A stretch of 64,000 nt of DNA from Eledone cirrhosa (GCA_964016885.1 CAXHJY010001274.1:90941-154940), one strand, 5' to 3'. Positions 41,625 to 56,185 are shown, numbered from the stretch's first letter. Made by a program: numbers and translations. The notes: a model not told the origin generated them from the sequence alone.

Positions 41625-41811
41625 CCATTTATGTTAGTGAGTGGGTTAACAGAGGGGCAGAAAAATGAATGAATATGTATATATATTGGGGCATCAAGTA
41701 TGAAATATTGTAGAAATTTGTTGAAAAAAAAATGTCTGCAAATTTCATACTTGACGACCCGATTATACGTATATATATAAATAAATATGGAGGTGAGGTA
41801 TGGGTGTGTAT

Positions 41812-41897
<86 letters not shown>

Positions 41898-42493
41898 CAG
41901 AGAGAGAGAGAGACTATCGTGAAGAATTAAGTCGAAGCTCTCGGTAAAACAAATAAAAATATTACAATATCAAGTATCACATACCTTATTGAGTACTAGA
42001 GGCATTTTTTACGTATAGGGGTATTAAACATCTCCAAATAACTACACCTTTCACTTGCAACCGAGAGACAAGGTAATATGTACCATGTTTACACTCAGAG
42101 TTGTGGATGCTGATGAAGTCACGAGCAAACACAAACACCCTCTCGACCCTCCCTATTTTATCCAGAAGAACATCTAGAATGTAATAACTGGAAAGAAAGA
42201 GGGCTGTACCAACACTGGATTGATACTTTATCAACCCTGAATGGTTGAAAGGCAAAGTGAACGTCGGTTGCACTTGAACGCAGCGACAATAACAAACATA
42301 GAACGTTCTAATATCTCTGCCTAATAGACCTCCCTACAACTCCAGTTCCCACTGACTTACATATGTACTACTCTACCGACCATTTATAGATATTACAATG
42401 TTTTCCATAATTAGGAGTTGGGGGTGCATTTGCCAGAGAATGAGCATGAGAACACAATTTAATACTGTATGTTGTAGGCTTTATGAACTAGTG

Positions 42494-43165
42494 CACAGAT
42501 TCTCAACCCATTTAGGCCAAACGCCCCCTTTTGTCCCTCGAAATCACGAAACGCCCCCCCCCCCCCCCCCATTTTTCCATTTTTCAATTTTTCGATTTTT
42601 ATATCAGTAGATTACTAAAAAATTGATTAACAATATTCCAAAGATGTGTGTATTATCTGATTATGTGTTGTATGTGGTCCTAGATGTGTGTGCTACTCGC
42701 TTCTGTTTTTTCTTTTCTTTTTTTTTATTTGTAATATTATTTATACAATAGGGAATAAAATAGATCTACATAGTGTTAACTCGTTGCGGTTGAGTCAATA
42801 ATTTCAGACATGAAATACATTGTTATCGGTGAAGGAAAGATAAGATTCTAATTGGCTGCGCTCAAAGTGTCTTTAACCCAGTTGACTGTGGGTTTTTCCA
42901 TTTTTAGGATCTCAATTACCGGTTAACGTCTCAATTACCGGACATGCCTGCACACCTGCTCACAGCTGCAGTCAGACTATAGTTATGCTGTCTGCAAGCT
43001 CATTCAAATGCATTCACACTGGCTGTCTCAAAGACAAACAAATATGGCTTATAAAACTTACCAAAATAAAGAGCCTTCCAGCGCCTCCCCAACCCCCCTC
43101 CCCCAGCTCCCCTAGAGTTCCGAAACGCCCCCGGGGGTACATATGCCCCCTGTTGAGAACCTTTG
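42494..43165. mobile_element. hAT non-autonomous element with 8-bp TSD aactagtg
   Basis: TIRs cacagattctcaac / gttgagaacctttg; TSD at 42486-42493 and 43166-43173. Confidence 0.85.
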
Positions 43166-43327
43166 AACTAGTGGACGCTGAATTTTCAGATATTTATTCA
43201 GGGTTACCGAGGTTCTTACTCTCTAGCTTCGGACGACAATGAAAAGTGTTACCTCACATAATTTCTTCAAAATTTAACAAAATATTGTAAATAGAATAGC
43301 AAGTATTACCTGATATATACAATATAA

Positions 43328-43730
43328 ATGTTTCAACGTTTGGCACAAGGCCAGCAAATACCCAGTGCATTACTGGTACTTTATTTTATCGACCCCCGTA
43401 AGGATGAAAGGCAAAGTTAACCTCGGCGGGATTTGAACTCAAAATGGCAAGGGCCGTAACTCTATACGTCAAAGCATGGCGTCCGACCCTCTACTGATAC
43501 TGCCAATCCACCGCCCTATATATACCTGATATATACAATATAATTGTTTCTAGTTTTGGCACAAGGCCAGCAATTACTCAGTACATAACTGGTACTTTAT
43601 TTTATCGACCCCGTAAGGATGAAAGGCAAAGTTAACCTTGGCGGGATTTGAACTCAGAATGATAAGGGCCGTAACTATGTGTCAAAGCATGGTGTCCGAC
43701 CCTCTACCGATACTGCCAATTCACCGCCCT
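43328..43730 (-). mobile_element. Tandem pair of SINE family 2 copies
   Basis: Copies at ~43328-43517 and ~43544-43730, separated and flanked by tacctgatatatacaatataa. Confidence 0.88.
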
Positions 43731-43869
43731 CTGATATGTACCTGATATATACAATATAATGAAATGGTATAAGATCGTTTAAAATGATATAACAGATAGA
43801 TGTTGTTTGGATTTAAATATCAATTATTTTCTGTGCTGCCTTTATGAACGTGGATGTCTAAAGGAATAA

Positions 43870-46130
43870 AATAATAGGCGAATGGATCAAAAGATTTAGT
43901 CAATGCCATGAACAAATAACTGAACAACTCAACACATTGCTAAATGCTGATCAAGTGATACTGGAGTGGTTAACGAAGGGCAGGACAGTTTTATGGTTAA
44001 AATATATCACTAAAGGAATGTCGTAGACAACTACATGTCGATAACATGCTTACCAATTATGTGGAAATTATTGATTGGAATAATCGCAGAATCAATGTCC
44101 GGGCATCTTGAAGTATGGTGTTCTACCAGATGAGCAGAAAGAGTGCAAGCGTAAGTGCTGAGGCACAAAGGACCAGCGTTTGATAGATAAAGCAACACTT
44201 AAGGATATTAAGAGGAGGATTACCGCAAAGCCTATGACATGTTTCCGCATTCTTGGATTATGGAATGCATTAACTTATTTAGTATTGCAAATGTTGAGCG
44301 ACTCTTAAGAAAAAGTATGAAAGAGTGGAAAACAGAACCGATAGGATATGGAAGAAATTTAGGAACAATAGAAATCAAGAGAGGTATATTCCAAGGGAAC
44401 AGCCCGTCACCACTGACGTTTTTAGTGTGCATGATACTGCTGACAATGATCTTGAGAAAAGCTAAGGCTGTGTATGAATTCAAAGGTCCCCGAAAATCAG
44501 CATGGATGACCTCAAACTTTATGGTAAGAATGACTCCCAGCTTGGTTACCTCGTTGAGATACGGTGTATACATTTAGTCCTGACATCAGAATGCAGTTCG
44601 AATCAAATAAATGTGGTGCGATAAGCTTGAACATAGGCAAAGTTAAAAGCATTGCTGGGTTGGTGCTGCTATCAGGAAAAGTAATGCAGCAAATAAAAGA
44701 GGAAGGTTATAAATAGTTAGGAATATTGGAAGTTGATAAGATAATGCAGAAGGAAATGAAAGAAAGATTTAAGGTGGAATACATGCGCGGACTGAGACTT
44801 ATTCTCAAGTCAAGTCGAAACTGACTGGACGGAATACGATGGATGCTATCAATACATGGGCGCTATCATTCCTTAGATATAGGACGGGGTGATACGTGGA
44901 CAGTGAAGAGATAAACAGTTTAAATCCACAGAGTAACGCAGACATATTATATGTAGCAGGAAAGAAGAGGACTTATGAGGTGCGAAGACAGCATTATTAA
45001 AACAGAAGAAAATAACATGGCGTGGTGCATAAGAAAATTCCACAGACCCGCTGTTCATTTGGGAAAATTTTCCGGTTAAATAACATGGATATCAAATTCC
45101 TAATAATAATAAAATTATGCCAGCGCTACGAAATACCAACAGAAAAATGGTGGGACAGATCCACACCAGAATAGGTGACAGAGAATGACAAAGCAACCAC
45201 ACTCTGGGATATGCCAATACACATACAGGAATATCAAAGCCAACCGACTATATTTTATAATCAAAGACCACAAAGAAAAACGATGTCTTCTAATTCATGT
45301 GTCAATCTCCACAGACGACAATATATCTACCAAGGAAAGGGAGAAATTATTCAAATGTAAAGAATGAGAGACAGAAATAATCAGAATATGGATGATGAAA
45401 ACTGAAACGACACTTATAATAATGGGTGCTCTGGGAATGATAAAAAATACACAGACGTATACATAACAAAAACCCCACATAAAAAATAGCACTAATAGGC
45501 ACTGCACACATATTATTAAGAGTACACTCAATATAGTAGAAACAGCACAACCAAAAATCATATTGCACGTGGCCAAGACACACAGAGCTGTGCTCGGTAA
45601 TACAGTGACGACTCGAAATAAAAATAAGACTAATAATAATAAAACTAATGACGTTAAAGATTATGATGATGATGATGATGATGATGAAATTCAGTTTAGC
45701 GAAATGAGATAAATCAACCTTGAAGATAGGAAAATTAATTTAAAAAAACTAATATCATTTTAGATAAGAAAATGGGGACAAAAGAATTAGATCAAACACA
45801 GACTTATAAATACTTAAGAATTAATGAACTAGGTCGATTACAACACATAGAAATGAACGAAAAGGTTAAAAAGAAACATTATAGAGGCATTAGATTAATA
45901 TTCATAATATTAGAGATAAATGCCAAAAATAAGGTTATAGGCATCGATACTCTAGTTGTTCTAGTCACAAATTATAGTTATGATATTCTCAACTGGAAGA
46001 TGAATGAATTAGCAAGATTAGACATGAAAACAAAAAAGAAATAATAATAGCTGCATTTAGAATACGCTATACCAATGTATGTCTATGTTTTCCACGAATA
46101 CAGGGAGGTAGACATCTTCCTTAACTAGAA
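43870..46130 (+). mobile_element. Degenerate R4/Dong-clade LINE fragments (RT and RLE) with (TAA)n tail
   Basis: EQKECK..GTKDQRLIDK, AYDMFPHSWI, KRGIFQGNSPSPL, MDDLKL; ENDKATTLWDMPIH, IKANR..IIKD..KRCLLI.VSI; taataataat at ~45631. Confidence 0.75.
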
Positions 46131-46427
46131 ACTTGGTAGGAAATATCTACTATAAAACTAAACTGTGGCGAGTCGGCACAGTTGTTAGAATGTCAAATAG
46201 AATGGTTTGTTTATAGGGACAAAGGAGATATTCTGTAAATATGTGTGTGTATCATTTCACTCCATTTGTCAAAATCCATCAGGTGTATTTGGAGAGCAGT
46301 GATATTGCACATACTTAAATATGGAATGTTACCTGGAGAGGGGTAGGCTCTACCAAATGTTAAATATCCAAGACATGTCGAATGTTGCGACGGCGCCCCT
46401 ACGACTAGAGTCATATACCCATACATA

Positions 46428-47223
46428 TATACTGTAGAACTAGAGTTATAGGTATATATATACTGTAGAACTAGAGTTACAGGTATATATATATATATAC
46501 TGTAGAACTAGAGTTATAGGTATATATATACTGTAGAACTAGAGTTACAGGTATATATATATACTGTAGAACTAGAGTTATAGGTATATATATATACTGT
46601 AGAACTAGAGTTATAGGTATATATATATACTGTAGAACTAGAGTTACAGGTTGACATATATAATGTAAAACTAGAGTTACAGGTATATATATATATACTG
46701 TAGAACTAGAGTTACAGGTATATATATATACTGTAGAACTAGAGTTACAGGTATATATATATACTGTAGAACTAGAGTTACAGGTATATATATATATACT
46801 GTAGAACTAGAGTTACAGGTATATATATATACTGTAGAACTAGAGTTACAGGTATATATATATACTGTAGAACTAGAGTTACAGGTATATATATATATAT
46901 ATACTGTAGAACTAGTGTTACAGGTATATATATACTATAGAACTAGAGTTACAGGTATATATATATATATACTGTAGAACTAGTGTTACAGGTATATATA
47001 TATACTGTAGAACTAGAGTTACAGGTATATATATACTATAGAACTAGAGTTACAGGTATATATATATATATACTGTAGAACTAGAGTTACAGGTATATAT
47101 ATATACTGTAGAACTAGTGTTACAGGTATATATATATATACTGTAGAACTAGAGTTACAGGTATATATATACTGTAGAACTAGAGTTACAGGTATATATA
47201 TATACTGTAGAACTAGAGTTACA

Positions 47224-47317
<94 letters not shown>

Positions 47318-47568
47318 AACTAGAGTTACAGGTTGACATATATAATGTAAAACTAGAGTTACAGGTATATATATATATACTGTAGAACTAGAGTTACAGG
47401 TATATATATATATATACTGTAGAACTAGTGTTACAGGTATATATATATACTGTAGAACTAGAGTTACAGGTATATATATACTGTAGAACTAGAGTTACAG
47501 GTATATATATATATATATACTGTAGAACTAGAGTTACAGGTATATATATACTGTAGAACTAGAGTTAC

Positions 47569-47609
<41 letters not shown>

Positions 47610-48022
47610 AACTAGAGTTACAGGTATATATATACTGTAGAACTAGAGTTACAGGTATAGATATACTGTAGAACTAGAGTTACAGGTATATATATACTGT
47701 AGAACTAGAGTTACAGGTATAGATATACTGTAGAACTAGAGTTACAGGTATATATATATATATACTGTAGAACTAGAGTTACAGGTATATATATATATAT
47801 ATACTGTAGAACTAGAGTTACAGGTATATATATACTGTAGAACTAGAGTTACAGGTATATATATATATATACTGTAGAACTAGAGTTACAGGTATATATA
47901 TACTGTAGAACTAGAGTTACAGGTATATATATACTGTAGAACTAGAGTTACAGGTATATATATACATACTGTAGAACTAGAGATACAGGTATATAAATAT
48001 ATACTGTAAGACTAGAGTTACA
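46428..48022. repeat. Minisatellite: constant actgtagaactagagttacaggt separated by variable (TA)n, roughly 45 copies
   Basis: Direct reading; copy number estimated from length. Confidence 0.95.
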
Positions 48023-49980
48023 GATCCAAACATACGCACTGTAGAATTATAATCATAGTTAAACATGAATAAACGACAACAAACAGTTAGCTACAAAACA
48101 TAAACAAAAAAAATAGTTGCTTCCGTTTTAATGAATCACTAAATATAAAACTGTGGCTCAAACATCATACAGGTGTTATGAGTATACAGAAATAACAGCC
48201 CATATTTAACCCTTTTGATACCAAAGCACCTGAAACCGCCGCTATGTCTGCAATTCAAACTAAGACTAAATCATTCTCACAAAATTCTACTGAAATCATA
48301 ATAAAACTGATGAAAAAAATCTGGAGATTGTGACGAAACAATCAATCACATTGTTTCAGAGTAACAAGTTATAGTCAAAATAAGATACATGTATAAAGAA
48401 CAGTGAGCGCTTTCATCACTGGAAACAAGGCTAGCGTTATGAAATATATTCCCACAAAAAATAAACGATGGATTAAACTTACACCGAAAAAGGTCTCCTT
48501 AAATTGGCTGAACAGAGTTAAACTAGACAAGGAAATTCACAACTCAAAAAAAGAAAAAAAAGAAATAAAGAAGAAAGAGGAAGAAGCTATAATATAAGAA
48601 GTGAGGTGTATACGAGATAAATTTGTCTATCAAAGTAATTAGATGGTACTTATTGCTTACCCTAGTTGGGTTTGAGACGAAACTAAATGCTGTAAACATT
48701 ATAGCAGAACGTCTACCAATTCTATAAGTGGGGCCAGTCTAAGTCCATTAAAATTATTAATATTTAATTCAGTAATTTGGAGGGAAAGTCGATTGAATTG
48801 ACCTCAGTGCTTTACTAGTACTTATTTTATCGACTCTAAAGAATGAATGCAAAGGTGATGTCGCTGGGATTTGAACTCAAAACGTAAAGAAGTGTTATAA
48901 ATACTGAAAATAGAGGATAACAGATTTTGTCGAAGGCTGGTAAACTATGGTAACTATTGAGGATTTGAACTAACATATTTCTGGGAGAAAGGGTGTAGTT
49001 AATTCTATCATCTCTTCTATATCATTGGTACATTCAGTTTATCAAGTCTAGATCTTACTGGTAAATTCCAAAATATTACATTAACATGACTGAGGTTGGG
49101 GGGGGGGGGATATAATTTTTGTTGTTGTTGAAAATCCGCCATTTTAGTACTGCCAAATAATTGAAAAAGGTTTTTTTTTTGGTTTTTAATGTTTCATTCT
49201 TTCAACTTAGAATTGGAAAGTAACCACTAAAAGTACTTTCAGCAACTGAAGAAAAAAAATCTTCATTAGCCATTGTAATGTTTTGAAATATACCAGTCTT
49301 AATTTAATCGTGTAGATTAGAGATTATAAGAATACTTAGTGTCTAAAAATGACTTTGGGGTATAGATTATACAAGTGAGAAGGTGTGAAAATGAGAATTA
49401 GGCTCCGGAATTGGATTAGTTAAAGCCAGCACATGACGAATAAAAGAAATCACTAAAAGCAAATATAATAGCTCGGGGCCAGGAGGATAGAGATGTATGT
49501 GTATGTATGTGTATGTATGTGAATGTATGTGTGGGAAACAGAGAGGGGGAATGGGTAGAGGAATGCAAGAAAGGGAGTGGCTGGAGGAGAGGGAAAAAGA
49601 GGAAGAGAGAAGGGGTAGTGGAGAAGGAGAGAGAAGGGGTAGTGTAGAAGGGGTAATGGAGAAGGGGTAGTGGAGAATGAGAGTGAAGGGGCAGAATAGA
49701 GGGATAGAAAAGAGATAGAGGGGGAGAGAGAAAGAGGTAGAGGAGAGGGAGGCGAAGAGGTACAGGAGAGGGATAGAAAAGCGATAGAGGAGAGGGAGAA
49801 AGTAAGGGCGGAGAAAATCGCGAAAGAGAGAGTGTAGGAGAACGAGAGAGAGAGAATGGAGGAGAGCGAAATGAGGAGAAAGAGAGAGAGAGAGAGAGAG
49901 GAGATCTATAATTAACATCTAACTGCGGGTTTGCATTGTCGTTAGTTTCTCCTGTATTTTTTTTACTATTTAACTGACGA

Positions 49981-51140
49981 CGTATGTATGCATGCGTGTG
50001 TGTATGCAGGCGTGTATGTGTGCAGGCGTGTATGTGTGCAGGCGTGTATGTGTGCAGGCGTGTATGTATGCAGGCGTGTGTGTATGCATGCGTGTGTGTA
50101 TGCATGCGTGTGTGTATGCATGCGTGTGTGTATGCATGCGTGTGTGTATGCAGGCGTGTGTGTATGCATGCGTGTGTGTATGCAGGCGTGTGTGTATGCA
50201 GGCGTGTGTGTATGCATGCGTGTATGTATGCTTGCGTGTATGTATGCTTGCGTGTATGTATGCTTGCTTGTATGTATGCATGCGTGTATGTATGCAGGCG
50301 TGTATGTATGCATGCATGTGTGTATTTGTGCATGCTTGTATGTATGCAGGCGTGTATGTGTGCATGCGTGTATGTATGCATGCATGTGTAGATGTGTGCA
50401 TGCTTGTATGTATGCAGGCGTGTATGTATGCATGCGTGTATGTATGCAGGCGTGTATGTATGCAGGCGTGTATGTATGCATGCGTGTATGTATGCAGGCG
50501 TGTATGTGTGCATGCGTGTGTGTATGCACGTGTGTATGTATGCATGCGTGTATGTATGCAGGCGTGTGTGTATGCATGCGTGTATGTATGCAGGCGTGTA
50601 TGTATGAATGTGTGTATGTATGCATGCGTGTATTATGCAGGCGTGTATGTATGCATGTGTGTATGTGTGCATGCGTGTGTGTATGCAGGCGTGTATGTGT
50701 GCATGCGTGTGTGTATGTATGCAGGCGTGTATGTATGCAGGCGTGTATGTATGCAGGCGTGTATGTATGCAGGCGTGTATGTATGCAGGCGTGTATGTAT
50801 GCAGGCGTGTATGTATGCAGACGTGTATGTATGCCCGTGCCTATGTATGCAGGCGTGTATGTGTGCATGCGTGTGTGTATGTAGGCGTGTATATCTGCAC
50901 GTGTGTATGTATGCAGGCGTGTATGTATGCACGTGTGTATGTATGTAGGCGTGTATGTATGCACGTGTGTGTGTATGTAGGCGTGTATGTATGCACGTGT
51001 GTGTGTATGTAGGCGTGTATGTATGCACGTGTGTGTGTATGCAAGCGTGTATGCATGCGTGTGTGTGTGTATGCAGGTGTGTATTATGAATCTGTGTATG
51101 TATGCAGGCGTGTATGTATGCACATCTAGGTGTATGCAGG
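49981..51140. repeat. ~16-bp minisatellite (gcaggcgtgtatgtat variants)
   Basis: Direct reading; generates the spurious 300-400 aa His/Cys ORFs. Confidence 0.93.
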
Positions 51141-51263
51141 TATGTATATACATATATGTGTGTGTGAGTTTGTCTGTGTGCATGTGTATGTATTATAGAT
51201 ATACATATTTGTGAGCATACATTTATATGTATATACATATGTTCAGATGTATGCAATGCATAT

Positions 51264-51297
<34 letters not shown>

Positions 51298-51328
51298 CTG
51301 TATTTGTAAGATTCAGAGATGGCGGTAT

Positions 51329-51398
<70 letters not shown>

Positions 51399-51494
51399 GG
51401 GAAGAGTGAGAGAGTGAGAGAGTGAGAGAGTGAGAAAGAGAAAGAGGGAGAGAGAGGGAAGAAGAGAGAGAGGCAGACAGAGAGAGATAGAGGC

Positions 51495-51577
<83 letters not shown>

Positions 51578-51586
51578 GGGAGATAG

Positions 51587-51649
<63 letters not shown>

Positions 51650-51771
51650 GAGAGATTCTGCGGTGCTGAGACCGGGGAAACCACTAACCATGGGAGTACT
51701 CAATACATGGGGAGATGCAGAGTGGGTATAGGATATGTAAAACCGCAACCGCAGCACCAAGCTCTTTATAT

Positions 51772-52209
51772 CATCATCATCATCACCGTTTTACGTCTGT
51801 TCTTCCACGCTAGCATGGGTTAGACGGGTTGTCCTGTTGTGGGCAGTGTCCAGTCGGCTGACCTTGTCTTGCTCATACGGGAACTGATTCTTGTTTGATT
51901 TCTACAGCTGGTTGCCCTTCCTAACACCTCATTTACAGTGAGTGCTGGGTGCTTTTTTCCGTGGCGCGTACACGTCCACTTCACAGTGTGGTCTGGGTGC
52001 TTTTTTTCCGTGGCACCTCCACGACCACTTTGCAGTGGAATGATAGGGACTCCCAGTCCCTATCATCTCATTTCTAGAGTTGAGTAAACTGGAGCAATAT
52101 AAAATAAAGTGTCTTGCTCAAGGAAACAACACATCACCCGGTCTGAGAATTGAACTCACAACCTTTCGATTGCAAGCCCAATGCTCTAACCACTAAGCCA
52201 TGTGCCTCC
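51772..52209 (-). mobile_element. SINE family 1, full-length head, (ATG)n tail
   Basis: Sense ggaggcacatggcttagtggttagagc (A box)...gagttcaattc (B box); closely matches 63064-63376. Confidence 0.82.
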
Positions 52210-52400
52210 ATATATATATATGCAAGAGACAGAGAGAGGGGGAGAGAGAGAAAGAGAGAGGCGGAGAGAGTGAGATAAACATAGCGAGAGAATATCAGGA
52301 AGGCAGATAGAGAGAGCCAGATATGCTGGCATCTGAATACAGTGTATGTGTGTATGTGTTTTTATGTATATGTATATATGTGAGTATTTGTGAGAGTGTG

Positions 52401-52443
<43 letters not shown>

Positions 52444-53226
52444 AAGTATGACCCAGACGGCAGAGCCCAAGCCGTTTCGACGGCTATTTCTGGACTAAAT
52501 TAGAATTTTTAGCCTGGTAAATAAATAGCCGAACTTTTCAAGGGTGTACTTCCTTATATGGGAAGATTGTAGTTGTCATGAGGATTGGTTAAAATTTGTT
52601 GTAAACACAAATAAGTCTATCATGGCATTTGGTGGGAGTTAAGGGTGGCTAAACTTGGCTCTAGAATAATAGGGGAGTGAGTGGAGCGGTCAAGCGTTGA
52701 AAGTGATATGTATACAGCAGATTCTAAGGATAGTGAATGAAGTGGGGGAGGGAGGTTATAGAATAGGTAAATCGAATGTGAGTAGGAGACAATAAAAGAT
52801 AATAGAAAGAAATAAAAAATATATAAAATCAGATAGTGAGAAATGAATAAAAAATCACAATGCTATCTTACAATTACAGGTTAATATGTTGAGAATAGAA
52901 AAAAACTTGTAGAAATGGTGTAGTACCAGAACTGATACAGAATTAAAGGGGTTTAACACGTCTGCTATAAGTAGTTAGTAAAACGTATTCGGTCAATTCT
53001 ATCTTAAAATTACAGGGGTGGGGGAACTGATGCTACAGAGGCCCGATGGGCTGCATCAGGATAGGCGAAGGGGAAAAGCAGACGAGGAAGAAAATAGGGG
53101 GTGGAAAGAAGTGATAGGATGAGACAGGGGGAAGAAGAAGACAAAGAGGAAAAGAAGATACATCTACCTAATTAAGCTGGGGTTTCCTCTAACTTATTCG
53201 GCAAGTAGTGAGGTATCAGCCCTTGT

Positions 53227-55374
53227 CTAACCACCTGGGTCGTTATGGAGTTTGAGGGTGAGGTAAGTCCTACGCAATCTGTGTTTGCATGCGGTTACCA
53301 GTTCCTCTTTCTTGTTTAGAGTTGGTCCTTCGAAAACAGCATTTGTAATGTTTCCTCCGAGCATAAGTTACACGGACGGCGTCCTCCCGTGTAAGAGTTA
53401 GCTTTGGACAGTAAGCTCCAAGTGAGATTGTAGGTTATATTATTATCTTGGAGGTCCCAGATGTGGCCCGAAGGTGTAGTGGCATGTCGCCGGACCGGGT
53501 TTCGGAGAGTATGTCGGTGTTGGTAGAGCCGGGTCTTGAAGTCACACGCAGTTAATCCTATATAAGCTTTGTTGGAGGTGTCCGTCCTCAGTTTGCACTG
53601 GTAGATCACGTTACGTTCTCGGCATTTGTTGTTGAGGGGGTACGTAGATCTATCAGGGCAGTTACACCTCCTGGTCGGCTCTCTACTGATGTCTAGGTTA
53701 TTTCTTCCATAGGGGTTGAGTTCTTTGTTGTTTGAGGAGACGATGTTTTGTGCGAAGTTAGGTGTGGTGCTGTAGGAGAGTTTGATGGTGTTTTTGTTGA
53801 TTATGTTGTGGTAGCGGTGCTGTAGTGGGAAGTGTTTTTCGAGGAGTCCAAAGAATATTTTCCCGATAGGTGCTGCCACCTCGGCAATATGGGGAGGATT
53901 GAACCACGATACATTGCGTGAGCGGCGATGTTGCCTGCTGGATCCGCTAAGGGAAGCTGGATAAAAGGATATTTCCTCCCGGAAGCTACTCCGCTTGAGG
54001 GCCTGGTTGTAATGAGGCGTGTGTTCGTCGAATATCTGCTCATTAGCGGACAAACGAGATATGCGGAGGAAGATGTTTTTAACCAGGTTATTGGTGATGT
54101 TTCTAGGATGGTTAGAGCGGCGGTGGATGTAGTGCAGGTTGTCGTTTGGTTTCCTGTATGGGTAGTACAGATCATTTTCGAGGTTAAGGGTAACGTCCAG
54201 GAAATTCACTCGGCTTAGGGATGTTTCTAGGGTGATTTTAAATCCACAGTCCCGGAAGAAGTTGATTAGTTGTTTACGGACCCGATCTGTACTACTGGGG
54301 TTGTATCCTTTGAGGGTAAGGGGCCCATCATCCCGGTACAATCCACCGCCGAATGCAGGAAACATTTCGGTGAGTTTAAATAGTAGGAATAATCCTATAA
54401 GATCTGTGACCTCGGCCGAATCCGTCGCGCCCATACTGACGTCGAAGGGGGAGTCGGGAGCTCCCTTTATCCACTTAGAGTTGTCGAAAAGTAGGACTGT
54501 CTTCCTGGAGTGGAGAATGATATTTCTTTCCTGCTCAGTGATGGGTGAGTGTTTCGGCAAAGTCCAAGGCGGCCGTAAGGAGCGGTAAGGTAATAGATGC
54601 ATAGTAACTCTCTATGTCAAACTGGATGAATTTTGTGTCTCGTTTGTCCTCCATATTCCTGAACGATGAGATTACTTCCTGGGTGCTGACCCATAGGCTA
54701 AGTCTCACGTTTTGCTTAACTTTTGGTATAACTCGGTCTAGGATTTTTTTTACTGATTCTCCCTATGTCCGACTTCGTTGGGTTTATAAGCCTAATGGAT
54801 GGTTTGCGGTCGAAGTCGGATTTGTGGTCCTTCAGTGTGAAGTAGAGAGTCCGTGGATCTAGGGGTCCAGTGTGGTCGGCGATCCCGAGGCTGGAGGTAA
54901 TTTGTTGTCCATCTCGATTTATGTCCTCGATAATTGAATGGTTAGCCTTTTTATAGGTGGAGTTTAGGCTGCTCCTGATCAGTGTGTGGTATCTGTCAGG
55001 GTTGACGAAGTAGAGGTTTCCTGTTTTGTCCGAGTGCCCCATGATGTCGTTGGTGTTTTCATACTCTGTTATTTTGCTACGGAGTTGTTGTAGGAATCTG
55101 TTGTGTCTGGGTTTGAATTTAATGCTCTTGACCAGAAAAGGTCGTTCTCGAGGGGTGAGAGCATAGGATTCGGAGGGGGAGATTTGTAGGATTTGAATCC
55201 GAATCTCTCCTTGGTGACGAAGTCCTGATTGTCGCGATATCTATCGTAGAAAAAAGTTCTCCATCTTAGTCTTTTCGCAAAAAGTTCGATTTTTTGCGTG
55301 AGCATCCGAAGGTAAAGTTTTCTCGGTGGAACTTGAATGTTCTTGGTGGAGAAGCCGATGTTGTGTTTTCGCAT
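53227..55374 (-). pseudogene. Frameshifted PLE polyprotein: reverse transcriptase + GIY-YIG endonuclease
   Basis: FSTKNIQVP..RLRWR; SDKTGNLY; TLKDHK..RLINPTKS; FDVSMGATDSAEV; GLYRDDG; VNFLDVT; CNC..PL..KC, VIYQC..YIGLT..FKTR; CNLC; NKKEELVTACKH after a final frameshift. Confidence 0.9.
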
Positions 55375-55999
55375 CGTGCGGGTGAAGAAACTTGAGCTGG
55401 GTGGAAAAGTCGGGATATGGCGTGGTAGAGTCGGAAAGTGCTCTACTACAGAGATAGGAGCTAAATAACAAAGGAATTGTGGTAAGGAACCAAATGGACC
55501 ATAACGCACCAGAGTACTCAATACTTAGGGTAGTAGAGTGGGAATAGGAAAAAGTATGACACCGACGGCAGAGCTCAAGCCGTTTCGACGGCTATTTCTG
55601 GACTAAATTAGAATTTTTAGCCTGGTTAATAAATAGCCGAACTTTTCAAGGGGGTACTTCCTTATATGGGAAGATTGTAGTTGTCAAGAGGATTGGTTAA
55701 AATTTGTTGTAAACACAAATAAGTCTATTTTATTTCTTTCTATTATCTTTTATTGTCTCCTACTCTCATTCGATTTACCTGTTCTATAACCTCCCTTCTC
55801 CACTTCATTCACTATCCTTAGAATCTGCTGTATACATATCACTTTAAACGCTTGACCGCTCCACTCACTCCCCTATTGTTCTACAGGCAAGTTCAGCTAC
55901 CCTTAACTCCCACCAAATGCCATGATAGACTTATTTGTGTTTACAACAAATTTTAACCAATCCTCTTGACAACTACAATCTTCCCATATAAAGAAGTAC

Positions 56000-56093
56000 C
56001 CCCTTGAAAAGTTCGGCTATTTATTCACCAGGCTAAAAATTCTAATTTAGTCCAGAAATAGCCGTCGAAACGGCTTGAGCTTTGCCGTCGGGG
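56000..56093 (+). ncRNA. Type I hammerhead ribozyme, U3-A8 core variant, in the PLE pLTR (also minus strand 55560-55653 and 52452-52545)
   Basis: cccc TTGAAAA gttcggctattt...aaatagccgtc GAAA cggc ttgagcttt gccg TC gggg. Confidence 0.82.
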
Positions 56094-56185
56094 TCATACT
56101 TTTTCCTATTTCCCACTCTACAACCCTAAGTATTGAGTACTCTGGTGCGTTATGGTCCATCTGGTTCCTTACCACAATTCCTTTG

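Noticed and set aside
46428-48022. CRISPR array
   Set aside because: Spacers are only (TA)n
48206-48245. piggyBac-like end (TTAA CCCTTT)
   Set aside because: No matching opposite terminus identified
49416-51760. Long His/Thr/Cys-rich ORFs (300-418 aa)
   Set aside because: Translations of a 16-bp minisatellite and dinucleotide repeats, open in several frames on both strands
52130-52209. tRNA gene
   Set aside because: A and B boxes continue into a SINE body and tail; it is a tRNA-derived SINE head
53020-53225. SECIS element or selenocysteine recoding in the Naiad-like PLE
   Set aside because: Hairpins exist in the 3' UTR, but I saw no SECIS quartet, and the ORF breaks look like frameshifts rather than in-frame UGA
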